This document shows positions 31,759 through 43,785 of a DNA stretch of 64,000 nt, piece after piece. The notes under the pieces were generated by a model. That model searched no databases. It saw nothing but the letters and a program-made list of their open reading frames with translations, and was not told the origin of the DNA. This DNA is from Macrostomum hystrix. Its lineage: Eukaryota; Animalia; Platyhelminthes. The stretch covers positions 1,364,001-1,428,000 of the forward strand of contig CATNEN010000003.1 in NCBI GenBank assembly GCA_950097015.1. Reading direction: 5' to 3'. Numbering within the stretch: the first letter of the stretch is position 1; the number at the start of each line of letters is the position of its first letter. The position numbers were made by a program, and so were the translations under genes.

Positions 31759-34700
31759 ATGCGTCAAAGACGGTTGCAGCTGCTGCTGCTGACAATCATT
31801 ATTTTGATGTTACCATCAAGCTCCCGAACCAGCTGCTCACAACACCCAGGTGAGGCACAAATTTAGTCGAGGAAGTAATTAATCAAGCCACAAGATTTTG
31901 CCAATGAGCCTCCCTCAAAAAATCATGCAGCTATGAAACAGCTGAGCCAATTGGACATTGTGCGCACCTGGCAGCCGGACGGTGACTGCCAGCGGTGGCA
32001 GAATGGGTGGTCGAAGACAAACCGATTCCCAGCTGCTGTGCGGTCCGGGCCTCGGTGGCTTGTGATGCAGCTGAGGCAGCCGATGGTGCTGGATCGGGTG
32101 AGCGTGCGAGGCTGGGGTGAGTGACGCCGACCTTCATTTGTTCTCATGACCGATGCTGAGACAGTCAGTCTGAGACAGTCAGTCTGAGACAGTCAGTCTG
32201 AGACAGTCAGTCTGAGACAGTCAGTCTGAGACAGTCAGTCTGAGACAGTCAGTCTGAGACAGTCAGTTTGAGACAGTCAGTTTGAGACAGTCAGTCTGAG
32301 ACAGTCAGTCTGAGACAGTCAGTGTGAGACAGTCAGTCTGAGACAGTCAGTCTGAGACAGTCAGTCTGAGACAGTCAGTCTGAGACAGTCAGTCTGAGAC
32401 AGTCAGTTTGAGACAGTCAGTTTGAGACAGTCAGTCTGAGACAGTCAGTCTGAGACAGTCAGTCTGAGACAGTCAGTCTGAGACAGTCAGTCTGAGACAG
32501 TCAGTCTGAGACAGTCAGTCTGAGACAGTCAGTCTGAGACAGTCAGTCTGTCAGCATGGCACTCGTGTTGCAGATGGCCAGTGGCAGGCAGCAGGTGCGG
32601 GCGGCTCGCTCGTGTCGTCGCTCGGAGCCGCGAGCCTCCCGCTGGAGCTGCAGCTGGAGGATCCGTGCCGCGCCAGCTGGGAGGCCTTCGGCAGCAGTGA
32701 CCGCTGGAGGCAGCTCGGTGAAGTCAAGAACGAAACAAAAAAAGTATGAAGCACACAAGTCTTAGCAGATGGGTCATTTCCCTTCGTTTTGCAGTTTATC
32801 CTAATTTTCAACTTCTGGCACCCTTCGCACCTCAGCCATTTAGCTACGTTTTGCTCAGCGCAAGAAACGGGTCCATGGACTGGTCTGGCATCAATTTAAC
32901 AGGTCGTTGTCATTACTATCACTCAGCTTTGTCTTTAAGACATCATCTGCATGGAGCATTGCTCATAAAGGCTGTCAATATTGGAATGATTTCAGGCCGC
33001 TCCGCACCGCTGAGCCTGGCAGTGAGAAATGACTCAATATCAGGCTGTCCTTACACTGACCTGTCAGCATTGAAGGATGGAGCCGGCGTCTGCTTCTCGG
33101 TGACGAGTTGCCGGAGCGGACGGGTCAGGTGCGCCTTCACTCTGAGGAACGGTTCATCAGTGCCAGTGCAGCAGGTAGGCCAGTCTCAAACTCGATTCCT
33201 GAGGCGCCTCCTGCAGCTAAAATTCCCCTCCCCTGCAGCTGAGTCCGAGTGGAACTCTGCCCGCTGACTTTCAATTCACCGCCAACTTCGGCCTTCACGG
33301 AGCAACTCTGAGCTGCGAGCTGGCGGACTCACCTGCTCTGAGCACTGAGAGAACAATAGGCATTGTTGGTGAGAGCAGCTGATGGTCTGTGACTGTGAGC
33401 ACTGAGAGAACAATAGGCATTGTTGGTGAGAGCAGCTGATGGTCTGTGACTGTGAGCACTGAGAGAACAATAGGCATTGTTGGTGAGAGCAGCTGATGGT
33501 CCGTGACTGTGAGCACTGAGAGAACAATAGGCATTGTTGGTGAGAGCAGCTGATGGTCTGTGACTGTGAGCACTGAGAGAACAATAGGCATTGTTGGTGA
33601 GAGCAGCTGATGGTCTGTGACTGTGAGCACTGAGAGAACAATAGGCTGAGAACAATGTCGGTGAGATTGAGCACACAAAAATCCGAAAATGATTTCACCA
33701 GCAAAAAGATGTCCCCTTTAACATTAATCAACAATTTCAGTAAACCCGATGAGAACTAGCCTATCGGTGTCTCCAGTGTGGGTGTCAGGCCGCACTGTGT
33801 CGGTGAGTTTCACCTCGTTTCTCGGCTACCCAGCTCAGCTGCACCAATGCCGCATCTTTTCTGGCAATTCCACCTGGAATTTGGAAATCAATTCTGTGAG
33901 TTTGCATTCGTGAGTAGAAACTGACATTTGGGGCACCAGTTGGTCCAGAAACTGAAAGTTTAAGTCGAACTGCATGCACTAAAATCAACTAATTTTAGAC
34001 TCAAATATTTGTGACGGCAAACAGCCATAATAAAACTGTTGCGACACAAAAATCACAGCTCACATTCACCGTCTCTGCTGCTATGCAGAATGGCACCTTG
34101 AATTGCGGCACCAGATTGAGGAATCGAATTGGCACCGATTCAAATGTTGCATTGCGCGGTGAAGTATTTAACATTTCAGCAGTGAGTGGTGAGTAAATTC
34201 ATGCCGAGCCTCATTTCAGCAGTCTTCAGCTATTAAGTAGTGTTCTGAGCAGTGTTCTGAGCAGTGTTCTGAGCTGTGTTCTGAGCAGTGTTCTGAGCTG
34301 TGTTCTGAGCAGTGTTCTAAGCAGTGTCCTGAGCAGTGTTTTGAGCAGTGTCCTGAGCAGTGTTCTAAGCAGTGTCCTGAGCAGTGTTCTGAGCAGTGTC
34401 CTGAGCAGTGTTTTTTGCAGTGTCCTAAGCAGTGTTCTAAGCAGTGTTCTGAGCAGTGTTCTAAGCAGTGTTCTGAGCAGTGTCCCGAGCAATGTCCTAA
34501 GCAGTGTTCTAAGTAGTGTCCTGAGCTGTGTCCTGAGCAGTGTTCTGAGTAGTGTCCTGAGCAGTGTCCTGAGCAGTGTTCTGAGCAGTGTTCTAAGCAG
34601 TGTCCTAAGCAGTGTTTTGAGCAGTGTTCTAAGTAGTGTCCTGAGCAGTGTTCTGAGCAGTGTTCTGAGCAGTAATTCCACATCCGAATTCCAGAACCCT

Positions 34701-35594
34701 GCCAGACCAACATCAGCCTGAGTGAATCTCACCTGGTCCGAGTGTCGTCTCTTAGGTGCAGCTACTGGAACGTCAGTCACAGCTGCTGGCTTCGATCGAC
34801 TGGACAAGAAAACTTCACGCACCTGAAACTTTTGAGCGTGAGTTCCAACCGACACTGCTGAGCCTTAGGATGAAAGCTCAATGCGTTTCCCTGCCATTGC
34901 AGCAGGACGGCTTCAACAGCACTCACCGGCTGAGGGTCCCAGAAGATATAGACCAGCAGGACTGGCTGGTGAAGTGCAGTGTCAACCAGTCCGGCCTGCT
35001 GTACCCGGATGTGAAGGCTCGAGTTCCCCCTCACGGAAAGTCTCGTGAGTCTCGTAAGTCTCGGAAAATTTATAAAAATATTGAGACCTATTTTTCGACC
35101 CCTTTTTCTACATTACTTTCGCTAAAACGAAGACTGTAAGACCCAGAATCATTGAAAGTCAATGAGTAACAATCAGAATCGCAGCTGTCACTGAGAACCA
35201 ATCAGAATCGCAGCTGTCACTGAGAACCAATCAGAATCGCAGCTGTCACTGAGAACCAATCAGAATCGCAGCTGTCACTGAGAACTAACTGGAATCACTG
35301 ACAATCACTGAGAAACAAAAGTAAACAATGGTGACCTCTTTTTTATTTTTAGATCTAAATCTAAATCGCCAGTTGTTGATGCTGCTAATACTTTTATCGC
35401 TAAATCTCATCTGCGTCGCCATTGTGATTTTTATGTGCGTTACGACTCGAAGATGCTGCAAGTTTGAGAGAGACGCTGCAGAGAGACAGGCAAATTTTAA
35501 TAACCAAGCAGCTTTTAATGGGACTGTGCTCGCAGTTCAGGTAATGCAGGTACAAATATCTGATTTTGCTTTTTTAACAGAACTCACTTTATGA
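31759..35594 (+). CDS. Second Ig-like/discoidin-like TM receptor paralog (possibly disrupted)
   Basis: Signal exon MRQRRLQLLLLTIIILML; near-identical WLVMQLRQPMVLD exon; WLVKCSVNQSGLLYPD; TM LLMLLILLSLNLICVAIVIFMCV. In-frame stop at 33265-67 not explained. Confidence 0.55.
32157..32550. repeat. 14-bp minisatellite (GAGACAGTCAGTCT)n, intronic
   Basis: About 28 tandem units. Confidence 0.97.
33339..33646. repeat. 57-bp tandem repeat (~5.4 copies)
   Basis: Unit TGAGCACTGAGAGAACAATAGGCATTGTTGGTGAGAGCAGCTGATGGTCTGTGACTG. Confidence 0.95.
34235..34673. repeat. 12-bp minisatellite (AGCAGTGTTCTG)n
   Basis: About 36 tandem units. Confidence 0.95.
35170..35287. repeat. 29-bp tandem repeat (4 copies)
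   Basis: Unit CAATCAGAATCGCAGCTGTCACTGAGAAC. Confidence 0.9.
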
Positions 35595-35989
35595 GCACAC
35601 AATTTTTTGCACAACTAAATGATTGTTTACTTTACAATTCAAATAATGACTCAAATTGCTGTCTTTTTCTCAATACACACTGTAACACAATTTCAAGGTA
35701 AGCGAGCTCTCGGTTGTCAGCAGAAAGACGACACAATTTCGACACAGATTCTTGTCCGAGACCTTGTGTCAGGGCGAATCCATTGGTTCAAAGCGAAAAA
35801 GCGAACAATTTAATAAATCCAAAATAGAAAAAAAATCATAGCCGACACGGTTACATAATGAAACTTTGTTAGAAGAAAAATTATGCCTATATTGGTGGTT
35901 TTAGCCACCAGACCCCCTTGATGAGAATCGTTGAATATCTTGACGATGCCGATGTTTTGTAATTCTGGATTTTGTGTCATCGTGCTACA

Positions 35990-37350
35990 AAATAGTCAGT
36001 CAGCGTCACAGTTCGTCCTTGGCCTCTGCGCTTCCGCTTTTTCGGCTGGTGCAGGAGGACAAGGGCCAAAGGGACTTGGTCGCCGCGGCCATGACTCCGC
36101 AGGCAGTGGCCCAGCGGCATTTGGCGGCGCCGGCGAAGGGTGACACTCAGGTCAGGAACGCCGGCGCGGGCCATCAGGTCTCTGGACGGCAACGTCTCGG
36201 GGTAGTGCAAGCCCAGGGCGTAGCGCAGCAGGGACCTGTAGAGTCCAGGTCCAGGTCTCCCTCTCGTGTGTCGGTCATCGGCACCCCTTCCCGTACAGTA
36301 GGATCGGCTCCATGGCTGCGCGGAAGAGGCGCACCTTCAGGCCGTCCCTCGCAGCTCAATTGAAGACGTTCCTGAGCAGGCGCGCGCGGCTCGCCAGGCC
36401 TGATTCTTTCTGTCAGAGACGATGGAGTCCAGGCTCCAGAGGGTACCGGAAGTCTTCACAGATTACCATTTGGTAGCGCAAGTGCCGGGTCGGTATCAGT
36501 GCAGCAGTTCTCGCGCCTTGACCATCAGCCTCACCCGGGCGCCCTCCTCACAGAGGCGGGAAAGTGCGCGTTGGGCAGCACCTGGATCACGACAGAGGAG
36601 CACGATGTCGTCGGCATACGCAAGAGCAGGCAGCGGAACGGCAGGGTTTCGGGAGCTTCGGCGTGGAGCCAGCATATAGCTGTCGTTCTCTTGAAGGCAG
36701 CGGTGCAGCACATAATCAACGACCATGATGAAGAGCAGGGGAGCCAGCGTGTGGCCCTGGAGGACGCCGGAGTTTGTGCTGAACTTCTCGGTCGGACGGT
36801 CGCTCGTCGGAACAAACGCCCTGGAATCGCTGTACAGAACCATCACCGCAGCTACCAGTGCATATGGGGACGCCATAGTGCCATAGTATGAGAGCAACCA
36901 CGCGATCGCGATTCGACACCGAGTCGAACGCCTTGCGGAAATCCGCGGAGACAGGCTTCGATGACGGAATGAATCGTTGCAACCTGCTCTGTGGTGGACC
37001 TGCCCAGTCGGAAACCGCTCTGGAGACTCAGCAGCATCGGGTTGAGGCCGGGCAGGACCCGCTTGCGGAGAGCTGCATTCAGCAGCTTCGTCATGGTGCA
37101 CTTCAGCGCGATGCCACACTTGTTTTCTAAGCTGGTGGAGGCCCCCTTTGGGCTCGAAACGATTTTGGAGGTGCGCCATTGTTGTGGAGCGCAAGCTGCC
37201 ACGTCGCCTCCAAGACTACAGTGTCTGTTCAACTGGCAGGTGATGGCTAGGGTTAACTCTGACATCTTCAAGACCCTGGGGGGAATAGAATCCACCCCAG
37301 AGGCGGCATCTTTGCTCATGGTGTTGGCAAAAAAAGTGAAAAGTTTCTTC
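35990..37350 (-). mobile_element. Non-LTR retrotransposon (RTE-like) reverse transcriptase pseudogene
   Basis: QSGFRLGRST, DFRKAFDSV, GVLQGHTLAPLLF, LAYADD spread across frames. Confidence 0.88.
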
Positions 37351-38545
37351 ATAAAATTTTAATTCGTGAAAATCAGCCCTAAATAATTTTTCCAAGAAAC
37401 GAAGCGTCCAGACCTTCTTGTTGCTACACTCGTGCTTGATTCTGATGATTCCCATGGTCGGGCCCATTTCTTCTGTAGATAATACATCGTACACTGGTGC
37501 ACCGAAAATTTGCCGTTAATATTCTGGCCAAGTAACATTTTGGCGCCAAGTCGGATTCCATGTCGAAAATTGAGACCGCCCCTCACTAACTCCTCAGCCG
37601 ATCCGCAGTTTCCGCGAACACTTTCTGCTAGGGGAAGATAACCTAAGCCAAGGCAGCAGCGCCTACAACTATCCCTACGATTATGTCTGCGACTACGTCT
37701 ACGAAACTGTCTAGAAGCCGGGCCAATGTCAAAGAATCAAGGGAGATCAGGCGATTTGAGAATATATTGTACTGCAACTTGCCTGAGCCTAGCTTAGACG
37801 GTTTGACAAGATTGCCGGACGACTTGTGTCGCAAATTAATATTGTCAGAGACAACTTTCAATATTTATTAAACACTAAAAGCAGAAAATCATTATTAATT
37901 AGATTTCATTTTCTTTGTCCCTCCGGTCCTTGTCCTTTCTATTTATCGATCCGTTAATACACTCCCAGACGTTAGTCAGGTGCCTCATTGGCACATGTGT
38001 GACAATTAAATATATTTTTTGTAGTCTTGCTTACATTGACCGTAGACTACTCAGTTTTTGTAGAAACTCAGCTATTTGTAAACAGGGGGTTGTAGCCTCG
38101 TGGTTAGGGCGTCGGACGCAAGACTTAAAAATCCCTGTCTCATCTCTCTCCTGTCTCATCTCTCTCCTGTCTCATATCTCCACTTTCTCACGTCTCTCGT
38201 GTCATCTCTGCCCAGTATTATCTCTCCCCTGTCTCATCTTTTCTCTCATTTCTGAGACATTTCATTTCTGTCTGATCTCTCTACCTGTACGGTCGCACAG
38301 TTTCTGTGCCACGAAGCGCTTGACTTAAAAGTTGCTTTCCGAACACTGCATCTGTGTTTAGCAGTTATTTACAATAAAAATGACAGCTCATTCGTGTCCA
38401 ATCGGTGTTCGCTGATTGGTTGTAAACACCCACCCCAGACACCCACCCCTCCGCCTTGTGCTGGGTCGTATTTCAGCCGGCGCCCGCGTGCTGCCCAGCC
38501 TTGTCTCTTCGCGCTGCGTGGTGTGAAATTTTCTCTCTTACTGCA

Positions 38546-39622
38546 ATGGCTGAGCTTCCAATTGACCGGCTTACGGCTCGCCAGTTAAGAGACCGCCTGA
38601 TTCAACTTGGCCTGCCTAGCAGCGGTCGCAAGCGTGAACTGCAAGTCAGACTGGAACAATCTAGTTTAGCCAGCCGAACCACACGCCGTGTGCAGCAAAG
38701 GTCAACCGCATCGGCCCAAGTCGAGGACGACGGCAGCACCTGCAGCGAAGAGGACGGCGAGGCGAACCCGGACCGGGCGAGTGATCTGGGAGGCGGCGAC
38801 GACCTGGACCAGAGGATAGCCCGACAAGAGAAGCTGCTCCGCCTGAGAACGCTTCAGCGCCAAACAGCGGAGATCGAAGCCGAGCTTGGAAAGGACGGCC
38901 AGCGCAGTCAGAGTGGTAAGTCGACTAGCCCGATGCTGCTTAACCAAACCCTCAGTGCCCACGAGCCGGAGCAGCATCTGCCAGTGCCGGACTGGGAACT
39001 GCCAGGCAGCTACACCAAGCCCGCTGTCACCTCGAGGCCTCTGCTGGTGAGAGACTTCATCGATCGTGACTTCGAGGAGCCTGCGCCCCAATCAGCGAAG
39101 ACTAGAGCCCGAACTGAGAACATCACGGCCGGCCAGTGGGTCGCAGGCAGCGGCCGCATCCTGCTGAGACTGCTTGACGACGGTGCCCTAGTCACAACGA
39201 GAAACGGCACAATGGATTTGAGTGAGCTGAAAGCCTATGTGCGGTATTGCGTGCAGTTCGGCGAGTTTATGCATCAGGGCTTCAGCCAGGCCGCCCTCAA
39301 CGACTACGACGAAGACTTCAGGATCATGCAGCACCAGACCAGCGGCAGCTGGGAACGGGAGTCGTTGCAGCTGCTGTCCAAGCACATTCTGGCGCCTAAA
39401 TCCAATCCTGCTGGCAGTTCGACCTATTCGCGGCCTGGTTTTAAGTTCAGCAAAATGAGAAACCAGACAAGCGGCTTGGTCGGCCCAACCGACGCTGAAG
39501 GTCGGGAGCTGTGCGTCAAATTCAACCGAAACAGCTGCCACAGACGCGACTGCAAGTTCAGACACGCGTGCTCTGTCTGCTACGCGGCACACCCGCGCCA
39601 GCTCTGCACGTCAAAAAACTAG
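38546..39622 (+). CDS. Gag-like ORF1 (N-terminal SAP-like motif, C-terminal Cys/His zinc finger)
   Basis: LTARQLRDRLIQLGLPSSGRKRELQVRL; YDEDFR; CVKFNRNSCHRRDCKFRHACSVC...H....C. Confidence 0.85.
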   Translation: MAELPIDRLTARQLRDRLIQLGLPSSGRKRELQVRLEQSSLASRTTRRVQQRSTASAQVEDDGSTCSEEDGEANPDRASDLGGGDDLDQRIARQEKLLRLRTLQRQTAEIEAELGKDGQRSQSGKSTSPMLLNQTLSAHEPEQHLPVPDWELPGSYTKPAVTSRPLLVRDFIDRDFEEPAPQSAKTRARTENITAGQWVAGSGRILLRLLDDGALVTTRNGTMDLSELKAYVRYCVQFGEFMHQGFSQAALNDYDEDFRIMQHQTSGSWERESLQLLSKHILAPKSNPAGSSTYSRPGFKFSKMRNQTSGLVGPTDAEGRELCVKFNRNSCHRRDCKFRHACSVCYAAHPRQLCTSKN

Positions 39623-41955
39623 ATTGCGGCCGGCCGGGGGACTTGATCGACGGCCCCACTGCACCGGCCGATTCTGACAAGGTCGATCACCCGCTCCCCC
39701 CTGGCCGGCCTCAAGCTAAGCCCATCGAGTCTGTTGCCTTCTCCTCTGACCTTATCAGCGCCGCCTGGGATGCCGAGCTGCTCGGCGATCCCGATCGTGA
39801 CTTCCTGCTGAACGGTGTTCGCAACGGCTTCCGACTCACCTGCCCCAGTGCCCCTGACAATCAGCCTAATAGCACTTGCTCTCAGAACTACTTCTCCGCT
39901 GACAGTAATCGGCAACTGGTCGAGCAGCAGGTGCGGGAAGAAGTGGCCAACGGCCGTTATGTGAAAGTCAGCAACAAGCCGGACGTCGTCAGCGCCCTCG
40001 GTGCCATCCCGAAAGGGAACAACAAGATCCGGCTGATCCACGACTGCTCGCAACCTCCGGACCTCTCGCTGAACAGCCGTTTCTCCTCTGACTACCAGAT
40101 CAAGTTTGAGACTGTCAGCCAGTTCACTGCCAAGCTGCAGCCGGGTTGGTTCATGGCGAAGGTCGACCTGGCCAATGCTTACCGCAGTGTCGGAATCAGT
40201 CCCCACGACTTCCGCTACACTGGTCTACAGTGGAAGTTCAGCGATCAACCGGGCCCGATGTACCTGTGCGACACGCGCCTGCCATTCGGCGCGGCAGCTT
40301 CAGTGGAAGTCTTCCACCGCCTCAGCCAGTCCATCAAGCGCATGATGCAGCGACGCGGCTTCAGCAACATCGGGAGTTACCTCGACGACTTTGCTGTGGC
40401 GGCAGAAACCGAGATCACCTGCCAGCAAGCTCTGGACACTCTGCTTCATCTGCTGCGGCGTCTAGGCTTCTCCATCAACTGGAGCAAAGTAGCTCCACCG
40501 TGCACTAGGCTGGTGTACCTGGGCGTCATGATTGACACCAACAGCGGCCTGCTAGAGCTCCCAAAGGACAAGCTCGAGGCCACGAAAGCGCAGCTGCAAT
40601 CCGCACTCTCGCACAAGCGCATCACCAAGCGCCAGCTCCAATCTCTCTGTGGCCGCATTAACTGGGTTTGCCAGGTCGTCCGTATCGGGAGGTGTTTCCT
40701 GAGGCCGCTCCTGCTGGAACTCAATAAGCTAAAGCAGCACTGCCACAAACTGCGCATGCACAACGACCTCCGCGAGACCATCCTCTGGTGGGTTGCCTGC
40801 CTGGCCAAGACCCCCAGCTGCCGCATTTGGAGGACCGCCGGGCCAGCCTGGGCAATCGAGTCGGACGCATCCAATTGGGGAGGCTGTGGCATCATCCGCG
40901 GCCCAGGCGTCACTAACTGGCTCATCATCGACTGGCAACGTGATAGCCAGGAGCTCGAAACTCTGCACATCAATTTTAAGGAGAGCCTCGCGCCCGTGTT
41001 CACGGCTCTGCACTTTCAACAACAGCTGCAACCAGGAAGCAACCTGGTGATCTACTCGGACAGCACGGCCGCTGTCGGCGCCATCAACAAAGGCTCCTCG
41101 CCGAACCCGATTGTCAACACAGCCCTGCAGCAGCTCGCGCTTCTCGCCGCTCACCACGATCTCGTTATCCAAGCCTTCCACGTGCCTGGGACGTTCCAGA
41201 TCTTTGCGGACAGCGGCAGTCGCGCAGATGACATCAGCGAGCTGGCAAATTTTCTGCTCCGGCTCTACGGCACAGTGGACATTAAAACTGACAACCTTCA
41301 TGAGCACACCCTTTCGTCCGCCTCCCGCCAATTCCTTTCTTTGCAGATCGCTCGCCTACGGTCCCGGGTTCGCACCTCAGCCGCCGCTACCAAGAGCTCT
41401 GCAGCCTGGCCTTCGCAGGCACCACAGCGCGCTCCTACCGCTGCCAAATTGCCTCCTGGCAACGCTTCTGTAAGCGAACGCGCATCGACAGCACCAGACC
41501 GTCAGCACAGCAGATCGCGCACTACGTCATCGTGCTGGCTGACCGCCTCACATCGCATGCCAGCATCGGTGCATACCTTAACGCCGCCGACCTGTACTGC
41601 AAGCTGCAGACTGGCCGCGGCCTCCCAAGCGACCCTCGCATCGACCTGCTCCTCTGCGGCGTGCGACGCAAGCTGGCCAAGCCACCCGCGCGCAAGGCTC
41701 CAATCAAGCCAAACCACCTGCTCAAACTGCGGGGAGTACTGCAGCTGCATATTCCGGAGGACGCAGCCTTCTGGGCGGCTGTACTGGTCGGATTCTGGGG
41801 CCTGCTGCGGCGCGCAAACCTGTGTTGCCCGACCCCAATGCCGCCACCGGGAGAGGCCATCATCGTTGAAGACCTACGGCTGGGCTCGGACCTGGCAATC
41901 CTGCATGTCCGCAAGTCCAAGACCAACCAGTTCCGCGAGCGAGTGCACCGCGTAG
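39613..41955 (+). CDS. Reverse transcriptase/RNase H ORF2 (likely entered by -1 frameshift)
   Basis: RLIHDCS, KVDLANAYR, LPFG, YLDDF, YLGVMID, SDAS..GG, HINFKE, SDST, ADSGSR. Confidence 0.92.
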   Translation, partial: KKLDCGRPGDLIDGPTAPADSDKVDHPLPPGRPQAKPIESVAFSSDLISAAWDAELLGDPDRDFLLNGVRNGFRLTCPSAPDNQPNSTCSQNYFSADSNRQLVEQQVREEVANGRYVKVSNKPDVVSALGAIPKGNNKIRLIHDCSQPPDLSLNSRFSSDYQIKFETVSQFTAKLQPGWFMAKVDLANAYRSVGISPHDFRYTGLQWKFSDQPGPMYLCDTRLPFGAAASVEVFHRLSQSIKRMMQRRGFSNIGSYLDDFAVAAETEITCQQALDTLLHLLRRLGFSINWSKVAPPCTRLVYLGVMIDTNSGLLELPKDKLEATKAQLQSALSHKRITKRQLQSLCGRINWVCQVVRIGRCFLRPLLLELNKLKQHCHKLRMHNDLRETILWWVACLAKTPSCRIWRTAGPAWAIESDASNWGGCGIIRGPGVTNWLIIDWQRDSQELETLHINFKESLAPVFTALHFQQQLQPGSNLVIYSDSTAAVGAINKGSSPNPIVNTALQQLALLAAHHDLVIQAFHVPGTFQIFADSGSRADDISELANFLLRLYGTVDIKTDNLHEHTLSSASRQFLSLQIARLRSRVRTSAAATKSSAAWPSQAPQRAPTAAKLPPGNASVSERASTAPDRQHSRSRTTSSCWLTASHRMPASVHTLTPPTCTASCRLAAASQATLASTCSSAACDASWPSHPRARLQSSQTTCSNCGEYCSCIFRRTQPSGRLYWSDSGACCGAQTCVARPQCRHRERPSSLKTYGWARTWQSCMSASPRPTSSASECTA

Positions 41956-42341
41956 TCCTGCCACGCCTTCGACGCGAGGCGCAGCACCCGCTCTGTCCGG
42001 TGGCAGCGCTGCGACACCACCTGCACGCCAACCAGCCCGTCCCTGCTTCAGCCCATCTCTTCGCTTTCCGCCATTGCGGTGGTCTCGTGCCAATGACCGC
42101 CACCCGGTTCTACCGCCTGTTTCGCCGCGCAGTCAACCTCGCCGGCCTGGGAGGTCTATCGCTCTCGCCACACAGCCTTCGTCGCGGTGGTGCCTCCCTA
42201 GCCTTTCGGGAAGGCATCCCGCTGCCCGTCGTCAAGGCGCTGGGAGACTGGCGGAGCTCGGCGGTGGAGGCGTACCTTGGGTTGGAGTCGGGCCTCGACC
42301 TGCAACTGGCCGCTGCTCAAAAGCTATCAGCGTGCGTTTGA
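41347..42341 (+). CDS. DIRS tyrosine recombinase ORF3
   Basis: FWGLLRRANL, SKTNQ, LCPV, HSLRRGGA, GDWRS.AV..Y. Frame is open from 41304 with no upstream ATG. Confidence 0.9.
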
Positions 42342-43464
42342 CCCTTGGTGTGTCGCTGAAATATTCTTTGTGACCTCCTTCTTTGTACTCGCTGTGGACC
42401 AAGTGCTTCTGCCTTCTGTATTTTTGCTTTCGCGTTTAGTTGTCGTTTGCTATGCTCGCTGGTCTTGCTGTAACTTTTTTTACACTTTCAACCATTTTGT
42501 GTTTTATGTTTTAGCTCAGTTTTAAGTGCGTACCGGTGTCACCCTCTTTTGCTTTTCGTGTTGCGTGCCTCCCTCCTTCCTCTTCTTTTTTTGGGTTTGG
42601 GCCATAGACGGTGCCCTTCCCTCGTTCGCTCTCTGCTATGTCGCAACTGCTGTCTCTGTCTGCCTTCGTGTCTGGGAGTGTGGTGTTTAGTGTCCAATCG
42701 GTGTTCGCTGATTGGTTGTAAACACCCACCCCAGACACCCACCCCTCCGCCTTGTGCTGGGTCGTATTTCAGCCGGCGCCCGCGTGCTGCCCAGCCTTGT
42801 CTCTTCGCGCTGCGTGGTGTGAAATTTTATTTTTTGCTTTTTCCTGGCTTCCTTTTTCTTGCTTTTCTGTGCTTTTTGCTTTCTTCGCCGTTTTAATTAT
42901 TTTCTTCGAAACAATTTATCAGCAAATATATTGCATGTGGGCCATAGACGGTGCCCTTCCCTCGTTCGCTCTCTGCTATGTCGCAACTGCTGTCTCTGTC
43001 TGCCTTCGTGTCTGGGAGTGTGGTGTTTATCGCTAAATGCGACTGCGAGTATGGAATTGTAGCCTTTGGCCTGTCTGTACGAGCTAGCTTCTCTTTAGCT
43101 GAGTTCATTAATTCTATATATAGAACTGCTGTACAGCTGTACAGCTGTAGAGTGTTCGTCAGAACCTTGTATTTAACGCTCTGGCTGGGGTATTTTCCGT
43201 GGATTACCCATGGATTAAAAAACAGAAGCTGCATCTCAGAATAAAATAGTTGTTTTCTGGTTCTAAAATACTTTTTATAATACTCATAGTTAGGCTACAT
43301 TTAAATGAAATTTTTAAAGAAATTTTACTAATGACAAGTGCCATCAAGTGTGTTTACATTCTGTTTGCGCATGTGCACCTGTAAGTTTACATTTTTCAAA
43401 TTTCAATTTTTTAATTATACTTGTAGTTTCATATTTTCAAAGTTCAATAGAGTTTTGCTATTCA

Positions 43465-43635
43465 TAATTATTGTAGGAGGGCTGTGGGCAGGCAATGGCA
43501 CATCATTTGGTGACACTTGACCCGCTGCCAGCAATTCTGCCCATTTCGCTGACTCCTGAGCACACATGCACACAGATACTGTACGTAGGAACACGCTCAC
43601 GCAGGTGTGTTCATCTGCCCTGACTTTCTCATCGA
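43465..43635 (-). mobile_element. SINE family A (3' part)
   Basis: Reverse complement of the family A body. Confidence 0.75.
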
Positions 43636-43785
43636 TTCTATGTAATGAATGGCAATTGCCTGAAGGCCATTGCCACGAAGTGAGATTTTAGGCAATGCCC
43701 CGTGGCTGTTCGTCTGGCTGAACTGAGTTAGGCGTGGCTTTTATCATTCTATCTAAAATATGGATCGCAAAAAACTACACACAAG

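Larger units (their letters stand above)
38394..43029 (+). mobile_element. Ngaro/PAT-type DIRS retrotransposon, apparently intact, with split direct repeats A1...B1-A2...B2
   Basis: A1 38394-38532 = A2 42690-42828; B1 42598-42689 = B2 42938-43029; gag, RT/RNase H and YR ORFs between. Confidence 0.93.

Noticed and set aside
34216-34855. Long repetitive ORFs (LLRT/SSVL/EHCS repeats)
   Set aside because: Translations of a 12-bp minisatellite; the same applies to ORFs over 10599-11147 and 33276-33734.
39619-42103. Antisense ORFs within the Ngaro element
   Set aside because: Shadow ORFs of GC-rich coding sequence without motifs.
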